Shown here: positions 1 through 13,534 of the stretch, in pieces
How positions within the stretch are numbered: position 1 is the stretch's first letter
Layout: each line of letters begins with the position of its first letter
NCBI GenBank assembly: GCA_002633005.1
Contig: NMRA01000033.1
Span: 1,169,203 to 1,233,202 of the forward strand
DNA length: 64,000 nt
Direction: 5' to 3'
Source: Phoronis australis
Taxonomy: Eukaryota > Animalia > Phoronida
The notes under the pieces: generated by a model
The model's input: only the letters and a program-made list of their open reading frames with translations
Database searches by the model: none
What the model was told of the DNA's origin: nothing
Translations under genes and position numbers: made by a program

Positions 1-36
1 GGGATACGTGGTACACTCATTATGGTATAATTTTTT

Positions 37-119
37 GTCCAAGGCAGGATTTGAACCCATGACTTCTGGAACTACAGATAATTTGAGTCCAGCACCTTAA
101 CCACTACACTATGTGGTAC
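37..119 (-). pseudogene. tRNA-Leu(CAA)-like pseudogene or tRNA-derived SINE head, inside an ACLY intron
   Basis: Minus strand reads ...TAGTGTAGTGGTTAAGG (A-box/D-arm) ...CTCAAAT (CAA anticodon loop) ...long variable region... GGGTTCAAATCC (B-box/T-arm), followed by an A-run. The acceptor stem pairs poorly. Confidence 0.6.
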
Positions 120-880
120 ATCAACCAAAACATCGTGACAGTGTAAATAGACAAGAGGTCAGTGTAAATAGACCAAGAGATTTTAATAATAGTTGTAACA
201 CGCCACCACCACAGAGCGGTTTTAGAAAGTCATTACACATTAAACCATAATTTCACGCAGTGCAAATTTTGCAATGTCGAAACAAAGGATCAAGTCGAAA
301 CAATATTGCCTGACGAAGGGTAAAGACACCACACCTTTGCACATGCCACACGCATGTATCGGTACAATGTACATCTGCATTGATTACAGTATTCTTTAAT
401 GATTAGGTCATGTAACAGACGTGAAAGAAACCGTAATCAATGGCTGACATTTAGGAAGAAATCTCAATCATTGCAGATTACTAAATTATTGTACTATGTT
501 GTTTTATGCAGCTCTTTAGTGATAGTATCTAACGCAAAATGAAACATTTACAAAGGCACATCCTAACAGCAGTTTTAGAGAACAGTGCCTAGAGTTACAC
601 ATAACCGTAGTAAAGAGAGCATAAAGTCTAGGAGTTAATTGCTGCTATCTTTAATACATTTCCAATATAAATGTCATATACATGATATTTATGGGATTCC
701 CTGTCACGTCAAACTGACATCTAATTGCACACATGGCATTTAACATGCCCCAAATGTTGTTCTTGTTGCCTGCATATCTTCAATATGATACATTATTATG
801 AAACTATTTTCTCCTGTCTGAGTTACATTCTGCATGATACAGGACAGTGCAGCTACTGTAACAGTACAAGGAAAGAGTTG

Positions 881-1016
881 GTAATACAAGACAAGAGTAA
901 TACAAGGCAAGAGAAATACAATACAAGAGTAATAAAAGACAAGAGTAATAAAATACAAGAGTAATAAAAGACATATTAAGTAATACAACACAAAAATAAT
1001 ACAAGGCAAAAGTAAT
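881..1016. repeat. Degenerate ~16-bp minisatellite (GTAATA[C/A]AAGACAAGA), about 8 units
   Basis: Tandem units are directly visible; they explain the low-complexity ORFs at 725-1037. Confidence 0.85.
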
Positions 1017-1644
1017 CGGACAAAATACCATTCCCACGATGGCTAATTCTGTTAACAGAAAAAATGACTGGTAACAACTATTTTGGTGGCAAAATAAATT
1101 CTAATTACAGACTGACTTAGGCACCTTAATAACCGACCTGTTATTTCACTTTCATTCTCCGTCATGAAATAATACAAGTCTGAAGAATTTGGCTTCTGTC
1201 CAGCCGTCATGCCAGCGAATTACAGGTCATTTTGTCTGAATACTTTTGGTTGGTGCTGTATAATCAAGCAATAGGGGTTTTCCAGATTACACGGCGGTAG
1301 AACTCTCCTTTGTATGGAGATAAGAAAGCATGGGACATTTTTTGGAAATCAGGTACATTTTTGATACGTAAAGGCGAAGAATTTCACATCATGCCATTCA
1401 CTGGTAAGCTTTTGTTCAGTTTATCGAACTTTCTCACGTTGGAGTTGCAGCCCACAGCACAGCAGCGGAAAGACCAACCGAGAAAAACTTGTAAAGAATC
1501 AGACAACAACAAATAACACGTGAAACACCAATGGCATCAAAACAAGGTAGCAAAATATGCCAGACGTTTGTTTATGGCATTGTGGGTACATATAGCAAGA
1601 GTGTCGCTGTGCAATTCGGGACGGCCCTATTAGAGGATACTCAC

Positions 1645-1767
1645 TGTAAATTCTTTGCCACGTCTTTCTCCTAACCACTGTTTAACACCAGCAAGGTCCG
1701 TGTTTACTTTTATGAGCCCCAGCTTACCCCGCCTCTTGATCAGCTGGTCAGGCTTAACTATCAGTTT
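1645..1767 (-). CDS. ACLY: ATP-citrate lyase, coding exon 2 ([41 protein letters not shown])
   Basis: Hand translation gives the ACLY signature [17 protein letters not shown] acceptor at 1768-1769, GTGAGT donor ending at 1644, 123 nt, phase 0/0. Confidence 0.96.
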
Positions 1768-2092
1768 CTAGCGAAAAGACATAATACAATTACATTAAGC
1801 ATTTAATTTTCAATTCTTAGACCATTCCGAAAAGAGATAAGACGACATGAGCAATAGCAGCCAGTAATTGAGAACTAACAACTTGAACCTAGTGTTTGAC
1901 CCAGATTTTAAACTTTATCACTAAAGATATCAACACAAAGATTTTTAACAAGCAAAACAATTTTAAAAATTAAAAAAACTTACAATACCTAAAAATGGCC
2001 ACAATAAAACGATTTAATACTGTTACGTCTTGTAAATATTGGACCAGAAATTTAAGTTTAAATCAATGAAAAGACATTAAGCAAAAGGATAC

Positions 2093-2242
2093 CTCAGTTT
2101 GAAGCCATGGGTTATCTGCCTCTAGTTGTTCCCATCTTGTGTTCTCGTCAACAGCAGCAAAACGATTTTTGGCTGCTTCGTCTTTGAGGCATTTGTTCAG
2201 AAATTCTTTGCCCTTGTACTCAAAGATGGCTTTGGCTGACAT
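2093..2242 (-). CDS. ACLY: ATP-citrate lyase, first coding exon (MSAKAIFEYKGKEFLNKCLKDEAAKNRFAAVDENTRWEQLEADNPWLQTE)
   Basis: MSAKAI N-terminus and W..L..D.PWL match animal ACLY. ATG at 2242, GT donor at 2091-2092. An upstream TTTCAG acceptor (exon starts 2259) implies a non-coding first exon further right. Confidence 0.95.
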
Positions 2243-2319
2243 GTTTTTCTAAGATGTGCCTGAAATACACATAAAATGACTGTAGATTAACAAAGCATAG
2301 ACAATATCATAAGTCTATA

Positions 2320-2823
2320 GGGCCTTTCATACTAACGTCGACACATCGATGGTTTGTGGAGTTGTGGTCAGTATGAACGCTTAACTCCGGCCCTGGATCA
2401 CAGTTAACAGCTCCAGTTAACATCGCAGTTAATAGGTGGATTTAATAGCGCAGTGTTGATGCTGCGGTGCAGTATAAACGCTTAACTTCGGTCCAATTGA
2501 AATTATCACCAGGTGCCACTGTTATCGTCAACAGTTACAGGGTAGTGCCCTCATTACTCGCTGCTTATATTTTGCTCAAATAATAACCAATCGATTTAAA
2601 ATAAGTTTAATGTCATTTAGCACATGTAAATGTTTCCAAATTGAAACATTGAAAAAAATCTTAGCGTGCAGCGCTACCTTGCGATAACTTCGATGACGAC
2701 AGCGTCACCTACTGTTTACTTCGATGTTCATTAACTACTGAAGCCAGTATGAACGGTCCAGTTAACTGCGCTGTTTACGTCAACGCTACGCCCAGACCGG
2801 AGTTAAGTCAATATGAAAGGGCC
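2320..2823. mobile_element. MITE, PIF/Harbinger-like
   Basis: Terminal inverted repeats GGGCCTTTCATACTAAC / GTCAATATGAAAGGGCC (14/17 match), TA-rich flanks, internal subterminal repeats (CAGTATGAACG, TTAACTCCGG / CCGGAGTTAA). Confidence 0.7.
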
Positions 2824-4058
2824 TTAAGGCTTTCAGTTTGACCATGTAAGGTTATGTGGGACCTTTGAAAAATGTCGTAATTTGGCTCAATTTGGAACAT
2901 CAGAAATGGTAGATAGGATTCATATGAAACTGTTAGACTATTCCTTATCCATTGTTCTTTAAAAAGCTGGAAGTGTTTTAAAATGTTCCACTTGTGTATG
3001 AGGGCTTTCAAAAATAGGATTTTGTGACTTTATAATAAAAACTTAAATGTTGTCTTAATGGAAGAAAACACTTTTAGAATTCACCATGAACATTCATATC
3101 AAATGAAATTCTGCCTATTATTGATACCTAGTATACAACTATGAACGAAACTTTCTTTTTTTCAAACTTTATTCAAAAGACATGGTCACATGATCCAACT
3201 AATGACAGAGTGGTATAAAGTCAAAAATCTAATTCTGTAGGCTTTCTCCTTTCAGAGAATTATAATTTTCTTTACACCAAGTTAAAATTTGTTGCTTTGT
3301 AGATATGGCTAAACACACAGACTAATGGGTAATGTCCTACATAACATTAGCATTGTTTCTGGATGGAAGGACACTTACAAGGCAGTCAAAATTAAATTAA
3401 CCAGACAGTACCTGAGTGTACTTTTTAACTCCATAATTTATGTAAGGGTTATGGCAGCTTTAGCCAGCAGACAGAGATATGATTGCAGTTACCATATCAA
3501 TCAATTCGATAATAGTGTTTTTATACCCATGAAATTTAAGGGGTCTCCAAGCAACACAAATTTTAACATGCAAGAATTTCTATCAACCACAAGTTTATAA
3601 CTAACTACCTGGTTTTAACGGACTATAGGGCAATGGAGAGATGTTGAGATGATAGCAATAAAATCCGAAGTTTAAATATTATTCAAATATTTTGAAATAT
3701 AACACTTTTGAACCGATTGGGAATATCAAACACAGGAAAATTTCAGCAAATATTCTCAGGGTTTGATTAGGTGACATGCGGGTCGTCAATGCGACTTCAG
3801 ATTTCGTTTGGGGACTTGGTAAAAATCCCAAATCACAACGAAGTTACCACGCACGTATCCAAGCATGCAGTCAAAAACTGCAATAAGTCCAACTGCACAG
3901 CAAAACCTAGGTTTCACTCATGACTCAGGCAGGCATGCTGCCCTGATCGGCTACACTGCTGAAGCCCCCTGGGTAATCTCAAATATTACTGCATGAACAT
4001 CTGCTGAGGTCCAAGTCAGATTTACTTTGTCAATTCTGCTGTTGTCAACTTTGCATCA

Positions 4059-4377
4059 TTTGTGGAGGCCAGGCCTATTTCTGGAGGCCAGCACTATTTG
4101 TGGAGGCCAGCACTATTTGTGGAGGCCAGCATCATTTGTGGAGGCCAGCACTATTTAGGCCAGCACTATCTGTGGAGGCCAGCACTATCTGTAGAGGCCA
4201 GCACTATTTGTGGAGGCCAGCACTATTTGTGGAGGTCAGCACTATTTGTGGAGGTCAGCACTATTTGTGGAGGCCAGCATCGTTTGTGGAGGCCAGCATC
4301 GTTTGTGGAGGCCAGCACTATTTAGGCCAGCACTATCTGTGGAGCCCAGCACTATTTGTGGAGGCCAGCACTATTTC
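4059..4377. repeat. 19-bp minisatellite (TTTGTGGAGGCCAGCACTA)n with two 15-bp deletion variants
   Basis: About 17 head-to-tail units with no unique spacers. Confidence 0.95.
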
Positions 4378-5187
4378 GCAACTTCACATGCATATATTTT
4401 TTAAGGTCACATTTAACAAGTTAGCGTTAAGCTAATCATCAATCCCTGGTTCTTGTATACAGACAGGTACATGGGATTTTACTTTGGGATTTTAACCGTC
4501 TTTAAATACCTGAGAGCTCATGTAAAGTGAAATTCGAAAGGCTGGTTTGGAGGACCAGCTGCTTGATTAAATTCCATTAACTTAAGAAACTAGTCATTTC
4601 TAAGTTGACTGTCTCTGATGAACACTGAGGCAACAGCATGTGACCTATGTTGGATGGTAAACATTAAAGCAATTTCGGAATGACATAAGTTGGAACCGAG
4701 AGGCCTCCACCCGTTACAAACTCATGTGTCAGGCTTGTGTTTGTTTGGCGACGGTGGATGGAAGCTCAAAATCATCAGAGTTAAATAAAAAAATAATTAA
4801 TGAGCACTCATAAAAAATTATTCAAACAGAAACCAGGAAAGACAATGCTGAACAAAATTTGGACAGCATTATGCCGCGCCACATGTTGGTTGAAAAATAC
4901 CTATCCTCGGCAGCACAGCTGGTGCTGGTTCAAGATTGCCAAATCACGTGTTAACTAATTAGATGAATCTTGCTGAAGCCATAGAAACAAACAAATAAAA
5001 CGCTGAGCTTTCGTTTAATGTGCTTCGATGGTCTAAAATGTGGACATTCAGGTTCCAAGGTATTGCTTACTCTCAACTGGTTGTTTCAATGATGAAGATT
5101 TTCAAAATTTAATTGACTTGTGCGTAGAGTAGTTTTGATCAATGTAATTGATCAAATACACTGCCGGTCCCGAGGACCAGCAAAGAT

Positions 5188-5291
5188 NNNNNNNNNNNNN
5201 NNNNNNNNNNNNNNNNNNNNNNNNNNNNNNNNNNNNNNNNNNNNNNNNNNNNNNNNNNNNNNNNNNNNNNNNNNNNNNNNNNNNNNNNNNN
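5188..5291. other. Assembly gap (further N runs at 14546-14573 and 22019-22039)
   Basis: Runs of N. Confidence 1.
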
Positions 5292-6981
5292 GGAAATTCC
5301 AGTCAGACTTCAAAAAGCCCAGAAAAATACTGATATTTACACCAGATATGTAGGAGGGATTTCACCTGAGTCATGTCCAATTTTTGGCAAAAATAATTGT
5401 CCAAATTGGATGTTTTCGTGTGCTAAAGGCTCAGCTACGTCCTGGATGCCCACAATTTCTTAGAGTCTTTGTTGATGATACATGTAGCTGTGGTAATGAT
5501 TTAAAAAAGACGTTTTAGCCTTTATTAAGTGCTACGCATATCTTAATTTTACGACAAAATAAAAAGTCACTTGTCAGCCATATTGTGTTCTAAATTCGTG
5601 AGACTTTACCGAGCTGTAGAATTGCTCAGCAGAGCATACACATCCGCCAATGCATGTGAACAAGAAAGAAAACAATGCTCTGCGCGTGCGGATGAGTTTT
5701 GCAAAGAGACGTGGAGTTCAAGATGTAGATGACTTGCGTATTTCTTGTCAAGTTCGATATTTCTACACCTTGTGGTAACGGAATGACAAGAGAGCTGCAG
5801 ATAATTGAACGAATTGAAGACCAATGCAAAGACTTATAAGAATAAAAGAAGAAAGCCATTGCATGTAGCTGTCCCTGTAGGCGTGTAGCAGGTAATACAA
5901 TTATTTGTGTCTCATCTACCGGTTTGTGACTGCAGAGACACTTCCACTAGATCAAGTTATCTAGGAACAAAAAATGTAACCCCGCTTCAACTAGATAAGG
6001 GTAATTTTACAAGTTACAATTAAACAGTGGTATAGTGAGTCATAGTTACACGTAGATGCAGTAAACAACATTTTTCCATCTTAAACTTGTGCGAGCGTGC
6101 TCAGAGATGTCAATTTTTATGTATTGAAGTTTGATATTCCAATGAATTTTGGTATGCATTGGGCTCATTGATTTGATTATATCAATGGAAGATGTGTTAA
6201 TGTGAAATAGCTATGACAATTAATCTTTAATGTTTATCAATTTTTTGCATAAATGCAAGGTGAATGTTGGTTGACTCCTAGATTTTACATGTACTCACCG
6301 CTGGTAGTTGATTTCAAAACGAGGTGACCAGCATACCTATCGCACATTGTGAATTTGCCAGGTCTATCAGTGCTTAACACACAGTGATTCTTAGCAAACT
6401 GTTTTATGATATATAGTCTTCATACAGCTAGCTGGCTAGCTTAGAGTCAACAGAGCCTGACACTTACCTTGCCTGTTACAGTCATTTAAATGAAAAATAA
6501 CAGGTCTAATGAATATCACACTCTGACATTTCTGTCTGGCTTTTGAAACAAATAAAAGTCTTTTATCGACTTGAAAACGGTATGGTCGTGAAATGCGCAG
6601 GCAACATTTTTGTTAATTTTTCAGAACATCTTTTGAAAGCGGATAAAAGCTTCAATGAAGCAAAATTTGATCTCAAATTCAGTTTGTTTAACCTTAAAAA
6701 CTTAAAACAAAGTGACAGCAATTTCGATAACGCACAACCTCGTTGAAGGAAGTTGATTGAAAAATCCACGAAAATAGAAACTGGCCAATCAGTGACGATA
6801 TATACATTTCGTGGTGCTGAAATTTGAGAAATATATAATTGTGCCACAAATTAAGCAGCAGAAAAACCGTAGAACAGCAATAGTTTTAGCACCACGAAGA
6901 AGACATTCAGGGGCCTATTGGACTGCGCGTGGTCCCGCAAAACTTGCAGAAAAAGTACCGCCTGCCCGCAATTTTTGGTAT

Positions 6982-7123
6982 AGTGTACGCCAGCACTGGT
7001 CAGATATAGTGGTCCCTGATTTAGAAAACCAGGCAATCATTGAATAACGGGCCTGTTATGTAGTGGATGAAACTGGTTCTTTAAATCAGGGACCGCTAAA
7101 TCCGAACGGTGCCGTGTACGCCT
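6982..7123. mobile_element. Short palindromic MITE
   Basis: Arms GCACTGGTCAGATATAGTGGTCCCTGATTTAGAAAACCAG and CTGGTTCTTTAAATCAGGGACCGCTAAATCCGAACGGTGC are imperfect reverse complements around a ~40-nt spacer. Confidence 0.7.
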
Positions 7124-7340
7124 ACAGGCACCTTGTCAATAAATATACACCGGTGACCTAAAGTCGTGAATATTAGCATAATAAGTGCCGATTGTCATAT
7201 AGACCGGCAGCCCAGAGCACTTAGCATAGATGAACGAGGTACCAACATCTGACCACGGGAGCATTTAAAGTCCACCTCAGTATGTACAGAAATGGACGTC
7301 TGCCGTTGTCTGCACTCTGGGTGTGACCCCTGGGGGCCTT

Positions 7341-7545
7341 ACAAAGACCCCAAAAAATGAGCTAGACTAGATATTCGAGGTACCAACCAAAACTGATTTA
7401 AAACGAACAATAATACCGCACTGAACACCGAAGGACCCATGACAGACAAATTGCACTCTGGAATGGGTCCGGCAGAAGCCAAAAAAGGACCCCCCAAAAA
7501 TGAGCTAGCACATACATTCGAGGTACCACACAAAACCAATTCCAT
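7341..7545. repeat. Diverged local direct repeat (~146-bp period)
   Basis: GACCCC..AAAAATGAGCTAG...ATTCGAGGTACCA..CAAAAC occurs at ~7346 and ~7488. Confidence 0.7.
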
Positions 7546-8115
7546 ATGATTCAATACATGTCACAGATCACTAAAACCCCNCCCAAAAAAGTGAATTAGT
7601 GAAATATGCTGTTTTTAAGATACATTTGAAAAAAGAAGCCACTCACTCACTGTTTGTTATCATATTGTGAATACGAACACGTCCGGGTATTCGTTTGACG
7701 TTCGTAAGCAGACGAACGCTGGAAACTTCAACGCCAGATGTCGCAGGACCGCGCTGAAGAGGAAATAAGATCGTTCACGACTTTAGGGCACTCACGACTT
7801 TAGGGCCTCTGACGGTATGGTAAGACCGGGCCAAAACCTAGCCAAAATCACTTGTTCTCATTTAAAATACACGGCAAAACTTCACGTAATCTTGCAGTGC
7901 AATTGCAAACTTTTACTCAGTCACAAACTAGTATACACTATACAGTGAGTAACCGTGTGCTGTGTTTTTGCTAAAAGTAAAACACAGAACTCAGTAAAAC
8001 ACAACTAAAGTTCACAATTTCTGAGAATTGAACACATTCTTCATGCCTAGTAAAACCACCAACACGGAGGTGAAACGCATACCGTAACAACAGGGAACGA
8101 TTGCAGGAAAAGATC

Positions 8116-8395
8116 TGTTACCTGGGACGCAGAAATGGGATGGTACACATCGATCAGTCGATCGTACAATTACGCCATCTGGCGGCTATGAACGATAATA
8201 CCGTAAACAAAAATTACAACCAGGAAACTACCAACCGTTAGATTGTCAAAGTTTCACAACAATCATACAAAGATAGCATGTATCTGACACTTGAACGCAT
8301 TGTTTGAGATACCAACCTGCCAGTGAAAGCAAATAGTGTTACTAGAAATACACAGCACTGAATCCCAGCCGATATTAGCGACCAAATCACGCCAC
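8116..8395 (-). promoter_or_regulatory. Candidate ACLY non-coding first exon and promoter with an SRE-like element
   Basis: Minus-strand donor CAG|GTAACA at 8121; ATCACGCCAC at 8386-8395; CTCF-like CGCCATCTGGCGG at 8173-8185. Alternative strong donors at 6298 (GTGAGT) and 6467 (GTAAGT). Confidence 0.4.
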
Positions 8396-10494
8396 GATGA
8401 CACGATCCACATCTAACTAGGTCATAAATATAGGTCAACTCCCATTAAAAACGAAGCATAGGTTTTTACAAAATTGATCCTGTCAGAGATATGAAACTTG
8501 GAGATTAAAGTTTTCAAAAACATGTAGATATAATTTAAAAGGAACAAAAGGACAAATATATATGTAACTCAATGTTGGTTTGGACGTGGCAGGAGGAGGA
8601 CCTTAGCGTCACCTAGCGGACTTGTGCCATAAGAAAGCACGGAAGAGTACGAAGATGTTGGCAACCTTTTAAGATGTCCGATGGTGAAGTAACTTCTTAA
8701 ACTGAGATGAATATAAAATATAAGCTGTGTATTGTACTATTGCACAAACTGGCAAAAACTCGCGTAAATTGAGAAAAGAAAACATGATTTGGGCATGCAG
8801 CGAGGCCAATGAAACTCATGGCGAGAACTTTGTCACGAGAAAACGCATGCAGGCTGGAGTGACTCAGAACGGGTGGTGACCCGATGGAAGTTGGCGATTG
8901 GAGGGTGAGCAAATACAGATCCTGCAGGATTTGCTCCACACCATCTGCACATCACATATACACGTGTTTCAGACAAAATAACGGGCGGGTGAATGCAATG
9001 CGCCCACCACTGCACCAGTCAGGCCTACTTTTGATCTAGGCGGGTGTTCATTACTTTCATGAAACATAATGAGATTAACACCAGGATTGTAACAAATAAA
9101 CAATGAATACTAATCAAATAAATATATGATAATATAATAATAATAATAAAACAATAAATGAATAACAAAAACAATAAATAAGTAAACAGTAATTGTAGAT
9201 ATATTTTTGGATCTGAATTTATCAAATAAATGAAATAAATGAAAGAAAATAAAATTTAGATCCAACCACAGAAGCATCAAATGAATGTACTTAAAATCAA
9301 TTAATCGGTAGTGCCCAAAGTCATGCAAACTATGTACGATATTTTTCGTATAAGCCATCGAATGACGGAAGAGTTGTAGGACAAGGCCAAGTCGCTTTGC
9401 CCTAAAAAACTGCAAACAGCTTCACGCAAAAAAAAACTTTTTGTGTTTCAATAGTACATCTCATCTCATCACCGAGTGGGATGCAAAAAGCGTAAGTCAC
9501 ATTTTTATATTTTTTGTCAACTGATTGTTTTGCTGCTGCAGTAAGCAACGCAAAAAGTAGCGTCGCTTTTTTGCCGACAGGATCCGCCATAGTCTCTGCT
9601 GTCGCACACGCCCGATTGGAGCGCCGCGGTCCATGTCCGCCACTGTCAGGCTGTCGCATTTTGCCCTGGGTGTGATTTGTCCCCCTCTCTACGAGCCTGT
9701 CAAATTCGACCGTGGCTCAAAAAATCTATTGAGTGCTACATGGAGCCATTTTAAATTATGCAACAGCTGTCTGGGTAATGGTGTTGCACTTCGTTCTATT
9801 ACGCAAAGTAAACATTTGTGGTGTTACCCGTCCCAACCCTGAGATTATCACATCGAGGATACGCGTCTCTTTGAACAAATTAGATAGTAGCAAAAGGCTT
9901 GACCAAGACGTTAACTATTGCTATATGTTTCATGTTGGATGAGAAAGGAAGTCAAATTTGTAAAAAGATATGTGATATTCGCAGAATTCGGTTAAAGGGA
10001 AATTTTGATAAAACATTCCAAATGGATAATGTTAAAGCATACCGGCGAGACTGTCCAAAACTAACAGGTAACCGTAACATAATATGTAACTTGCAGGATA
10101 TCCATGCAGTCAAGCCACAGAAATACACGTTCAGCTCTAATGACAATACATCTGCATACAATAAAGGCCAATTCGTTAGAGGAACCATAACTTCACGACC
10201 CGAAAAACTTGGAATTCAAATTTTTAAAGTTTTACGCAACAAACTCAATGCCTATTCGTAAAGCCGCCAAGTGAACCTATTACCATGCATGCACATTGTG
10301 GTACATCGTCAGCGCAAAACGTTCATGCAATCCATTTGACCCAAGAAATTCTTGGAAAACGCACTAGTGCGAATGAAGATGTATGAGCCTGAAAACGTGC
10401 ATACATGATAATAAAATAGTATCGATAACAACATCAAGAATGTTTTTGAAATAGAAATAACAACTATAATACTTATAATAGTAATGAAATGAAA

Positions 10495-10608
10495 ATAAAA
10501 TAATAATAATAATGATAATAATGATACAACTAATGGTGATGATGATGATGATGATGATGAGGATGATGATGGTGATGATGATGATGATGATGATGATGAT
10601 GGTGGTGG

Positions 10609-10668
<60 letters not shown>
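10495..10668. repeat. (AAT)n/(GAT)n/(GGT)n compound microsatellite
   Basis: Directly visible; produces the poly-S, poly-I and poly-M ORFs. Confidence 0.97.
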
Positions 10669-11271
10669 CAACAATTATAATAAGTATAATAATATACTCG
10701 GCAACAATGTTATTAATATTCATGCAAAGAATGACAAACTGCACAATAAGTGCATGTTTTGTCGAACTTTTGTTTCAATAAATTAACCTTTTGTGGATGT
10801 TTTGGCAGACATTATTGAATCCAATTGCTAGTATTTTATTTGTCAATGCCCTTGCGCAGCCGCGATTTGGACAAATTGCATAAAGGGAAACCTGTCGAGA
10901 TTTTGAAGATGTAGTCAGACTTGAAAAAGACTTTTGTCGAAAAGAATTAAATCTTTAACCGTTGTTTTGCGTGACGGAAGTGCCGAATTTTGACGTTGAA
11001 TCCAAGTTATTTTAAAATCCCGAAGTACAAGCAACAACTTCGAAATCTGTGACTTTCAAACTAATTGACTGATACCATTTACATAATATTGAGTAATACA
11101 TGTTTATTACAAATGTAGTGCATATCTCTGCGTTCTCAGATATTCACTTTTCGGACATGTGTATATAGTGATAACAGGGCATGAATTCAGGTATATGCAG
11201 ATATTGCCCTTTTGAGCTCAGCTAATGGAGCGTGTACACGTACTAGGTTTCAAGAGTTGGTGAAAGTTACA

Positions 11272-12229
11272 ATGGGTGCATTTAAGAGGCCACGGATATC
11301 AATACGTTTCTACGTGCTGGTGATTTTGTTTAATTTGTCTTCGTGGATTGATTTGGATGGAGTGTGGGCGGAGTTGCCCCTGCTGGTCCCTCAGCTGCCA
11401 GAAAGCTGGGCGTTGCCCAGTCAGATCACGATTGCAAACCAGCTTGCAGTCATAGGCCCGTTTATCTATTTCATTGCGAATACCATCAAACCAGGCCTGA
11501 TCAAGGAAAATGTAGCCATATACATTGTGATCTCTCTTGGGTTCACTGGGTGCATCTTGCTAGCGATTTTCTGGAACGCTACAATGTTTATTGCCGGGGC
11601 AGAGAGGAGTGTTGCCTTGTTGGCTCTGTCGTTTTTTTTGGCTTGCACCGACAACACGTCTACAATTGTTTTCCTGTCATATTTAGCAATACTTCCCACA
11701 GAGTATCTCTCAGCGTTTTACGTAGGCGAGGCTATGTGCGGCTTTTTGCCATCTGTTGCTTCCTTAATACAAGGAGCGGGAGACTATGACTGTGTGAATG
11801 TATCGTCTGCTCGTCTTCAAAATGTTACGTGGGAAAATGGGAGTTTTGCTTACCTGGAAAATGTAACAGAATTGGAGATGAAAGCAGTTATTAAAAGTCC
11901 GCTGTTTTCAGAAAGTGTGTTTTTTGTAATTCTGGCAGCAATTCTCTTAACTAGTGGCGTCTCGTTCACTCTCATTAATTACCACCCTTGGTGCAAGAGA
12001 TTCCATACAAAAGAGTCAACGGATGAGTATTCGTCGGAAGTGGAACTGACGGATGAAACCGGAGCAGTGTCCATGGATGACGTCATCGTTGAACAATATG
12101 GGGATACTGCTGACAAATCCCCTATGTCGACCAAGCTATACGTGAGTCTCCTAATGCAGTACGGCTATTTACAAGGTGCTCGATACGGCCTTCTGTACAA
12201 CGTCCAGTCGTACTCTCTGCTACCTTATG
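11272..12229 (+). CDS. SLC52A: SLC52A-family (riboflavin transporter-like) protein, coding exon 1
   Basis: SWIDLDGVWAELPLLVPQLPESWALPS..QLAVIGP, YVGE..GFLP..LIQG.G and VQSYSLLPYG match family motifs (e.g. NGLWVELPLLV.ELPEGW.LPSY); multiple TM helices; phase-1 GTAAG donor at 12230. Confidence 0.93.
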
Positions 12230-12387
12230 GTAAGATTTGAAAGCAAATTTAAACAAAGGCAGACATACATGTATTCCATAACAAAACATTTTTTTTGTTT
12301 ACATCAGTTACAGTCATGAAATTGACAAAAACCTGTTCCTTAGTAAACTGGAGACGATTTCAAGGCTTCGTTATTGCTAGAGATCAG

Positions 12388-12565
12388 GTGCCCGTTCCAA
12401 GAAACTGTCTCAACCTCCAAACTTTGAAACTTCCACATCCAGTGAGTTAGTCAAAATTGAGACAAAAACATAAGATGTCTTTCTGGAAAAGGACTCGAGA
12501 CAAATTTAATTAATGGATGAAATTAAGATTTGACTTAGCTAAGTCAGTTTTCTTGGAAGGGGTCC
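12388..12565. mobile_element. Harbinger-like MITE in SLC52A intron 1
   Basis: TIRs GTGCCCGTTCCAAGAAACTG / CAGTTTTCTTGGAAGGGGTCC, flanked on both sides by CAG (CWG-type TSD). Confidence 0.65.
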
Positions 12566-13534
12566 CAGACTCTACAAGCTGCCATGTCAACGCGCGTCAT
12601 ATGTGGACAGAAAATGGTCTGAGCGATTAAAGAACTCTCCTAAAGTTCTTCCCAAACTTGCGGACTTCACTTTCAAAGTTGATACCAATGTTATAGCGGC
12701 AAGTAGTCTTGATCCAAATTCCCTTCTTGGACGGAACACGGGTTTGTTACTCGGCGCTTTAAGATTCGGTACTTTGCCCAAACAAATTATCGGAATTCGT
12801 TTCATATCGCTATAAGTTTTTAGTATTATAACACGTCCAGAAAAAAGGAATTTCTGGGCAAAATTTTCTTCAGAGAGGCTGTCATAACCTATCGAAATAT
12901 TTCGCAAAAATAGAGCGTGTCACGACCCTACGTTTTTTCAAGGCGACGACGGACTTTTTTCAAAAGCTGGACAACTGTGAACGAAAATGACGTTTATCAG
13001 ATTTTACTTAAATTGCTGTAAAAAGCAAGTTGAGAGTCACTTGACCCCTGCACGCTGGTCTTTGCTCTAGTTGTTGATATAGGTTTCCCAACGAGGTGAC
13101 GGCAAAGAAGAATTACCCGAAATCTCTCGGGAGCTTGCAGCAGAAAAACTAAAAAGTTTTAATGATAAGAAACCAGTTCCGTTAATTTGTTGTGACATGA
13201 ACACAACCTCGTGGAAGAATATTTGACAGAAGAATCGGTGAAAAGGCTAAATTTCATGGCGCCGGAAGATGACGTAGCTTTAGCAGCAGAATAGCGGGAA
13301 CACGCCTATGTTTATAACACAGGTAAATAATTTAAGTTACTCAAGGTGAAGTGTAGTTTTAATGACACCACTTTTGTGTTAAATTTCATTTGACCATTTT
13401 TAGCTACGTCGGTGCAAAGCTGTTTATTTAGTATACAGCTTTACTTTAACGTTAGGTTAAACCAGGCTTGGGCATTTATTTTGTAAGCCAACGCTTGCAA
13501 GTTGCCAGCCGATTAGACCGCCCTCTTTCATGAA

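Noticed and set aside
37-119. Functional tRNA gene (also 21921-21971 and 54087-54140)
   Set aside because: Acceptor or anticodon stems do not pair properly; treated as tRNA-derived repeats.
270-345. Possible hammerhead ribozyme (CGAAAC ... CTGACGA); similar partial motif on the minus strand at ~27365-27420
   Set aside because: Core boxes are present but I could not form stems I-III with a cleavage triplet.
4059-4435. CRISPR-like array or repeat-protein ORFs
   Set aside because: Units are head-to-tail with no unique spacers and there are no cas genes. The ORFs arise from a stop-poor 19-bp repeat.
10309-10781. Poly-Ser/Ile/Met ORFs
   Set aside because: Translations of a (GAT)n microsatellite.
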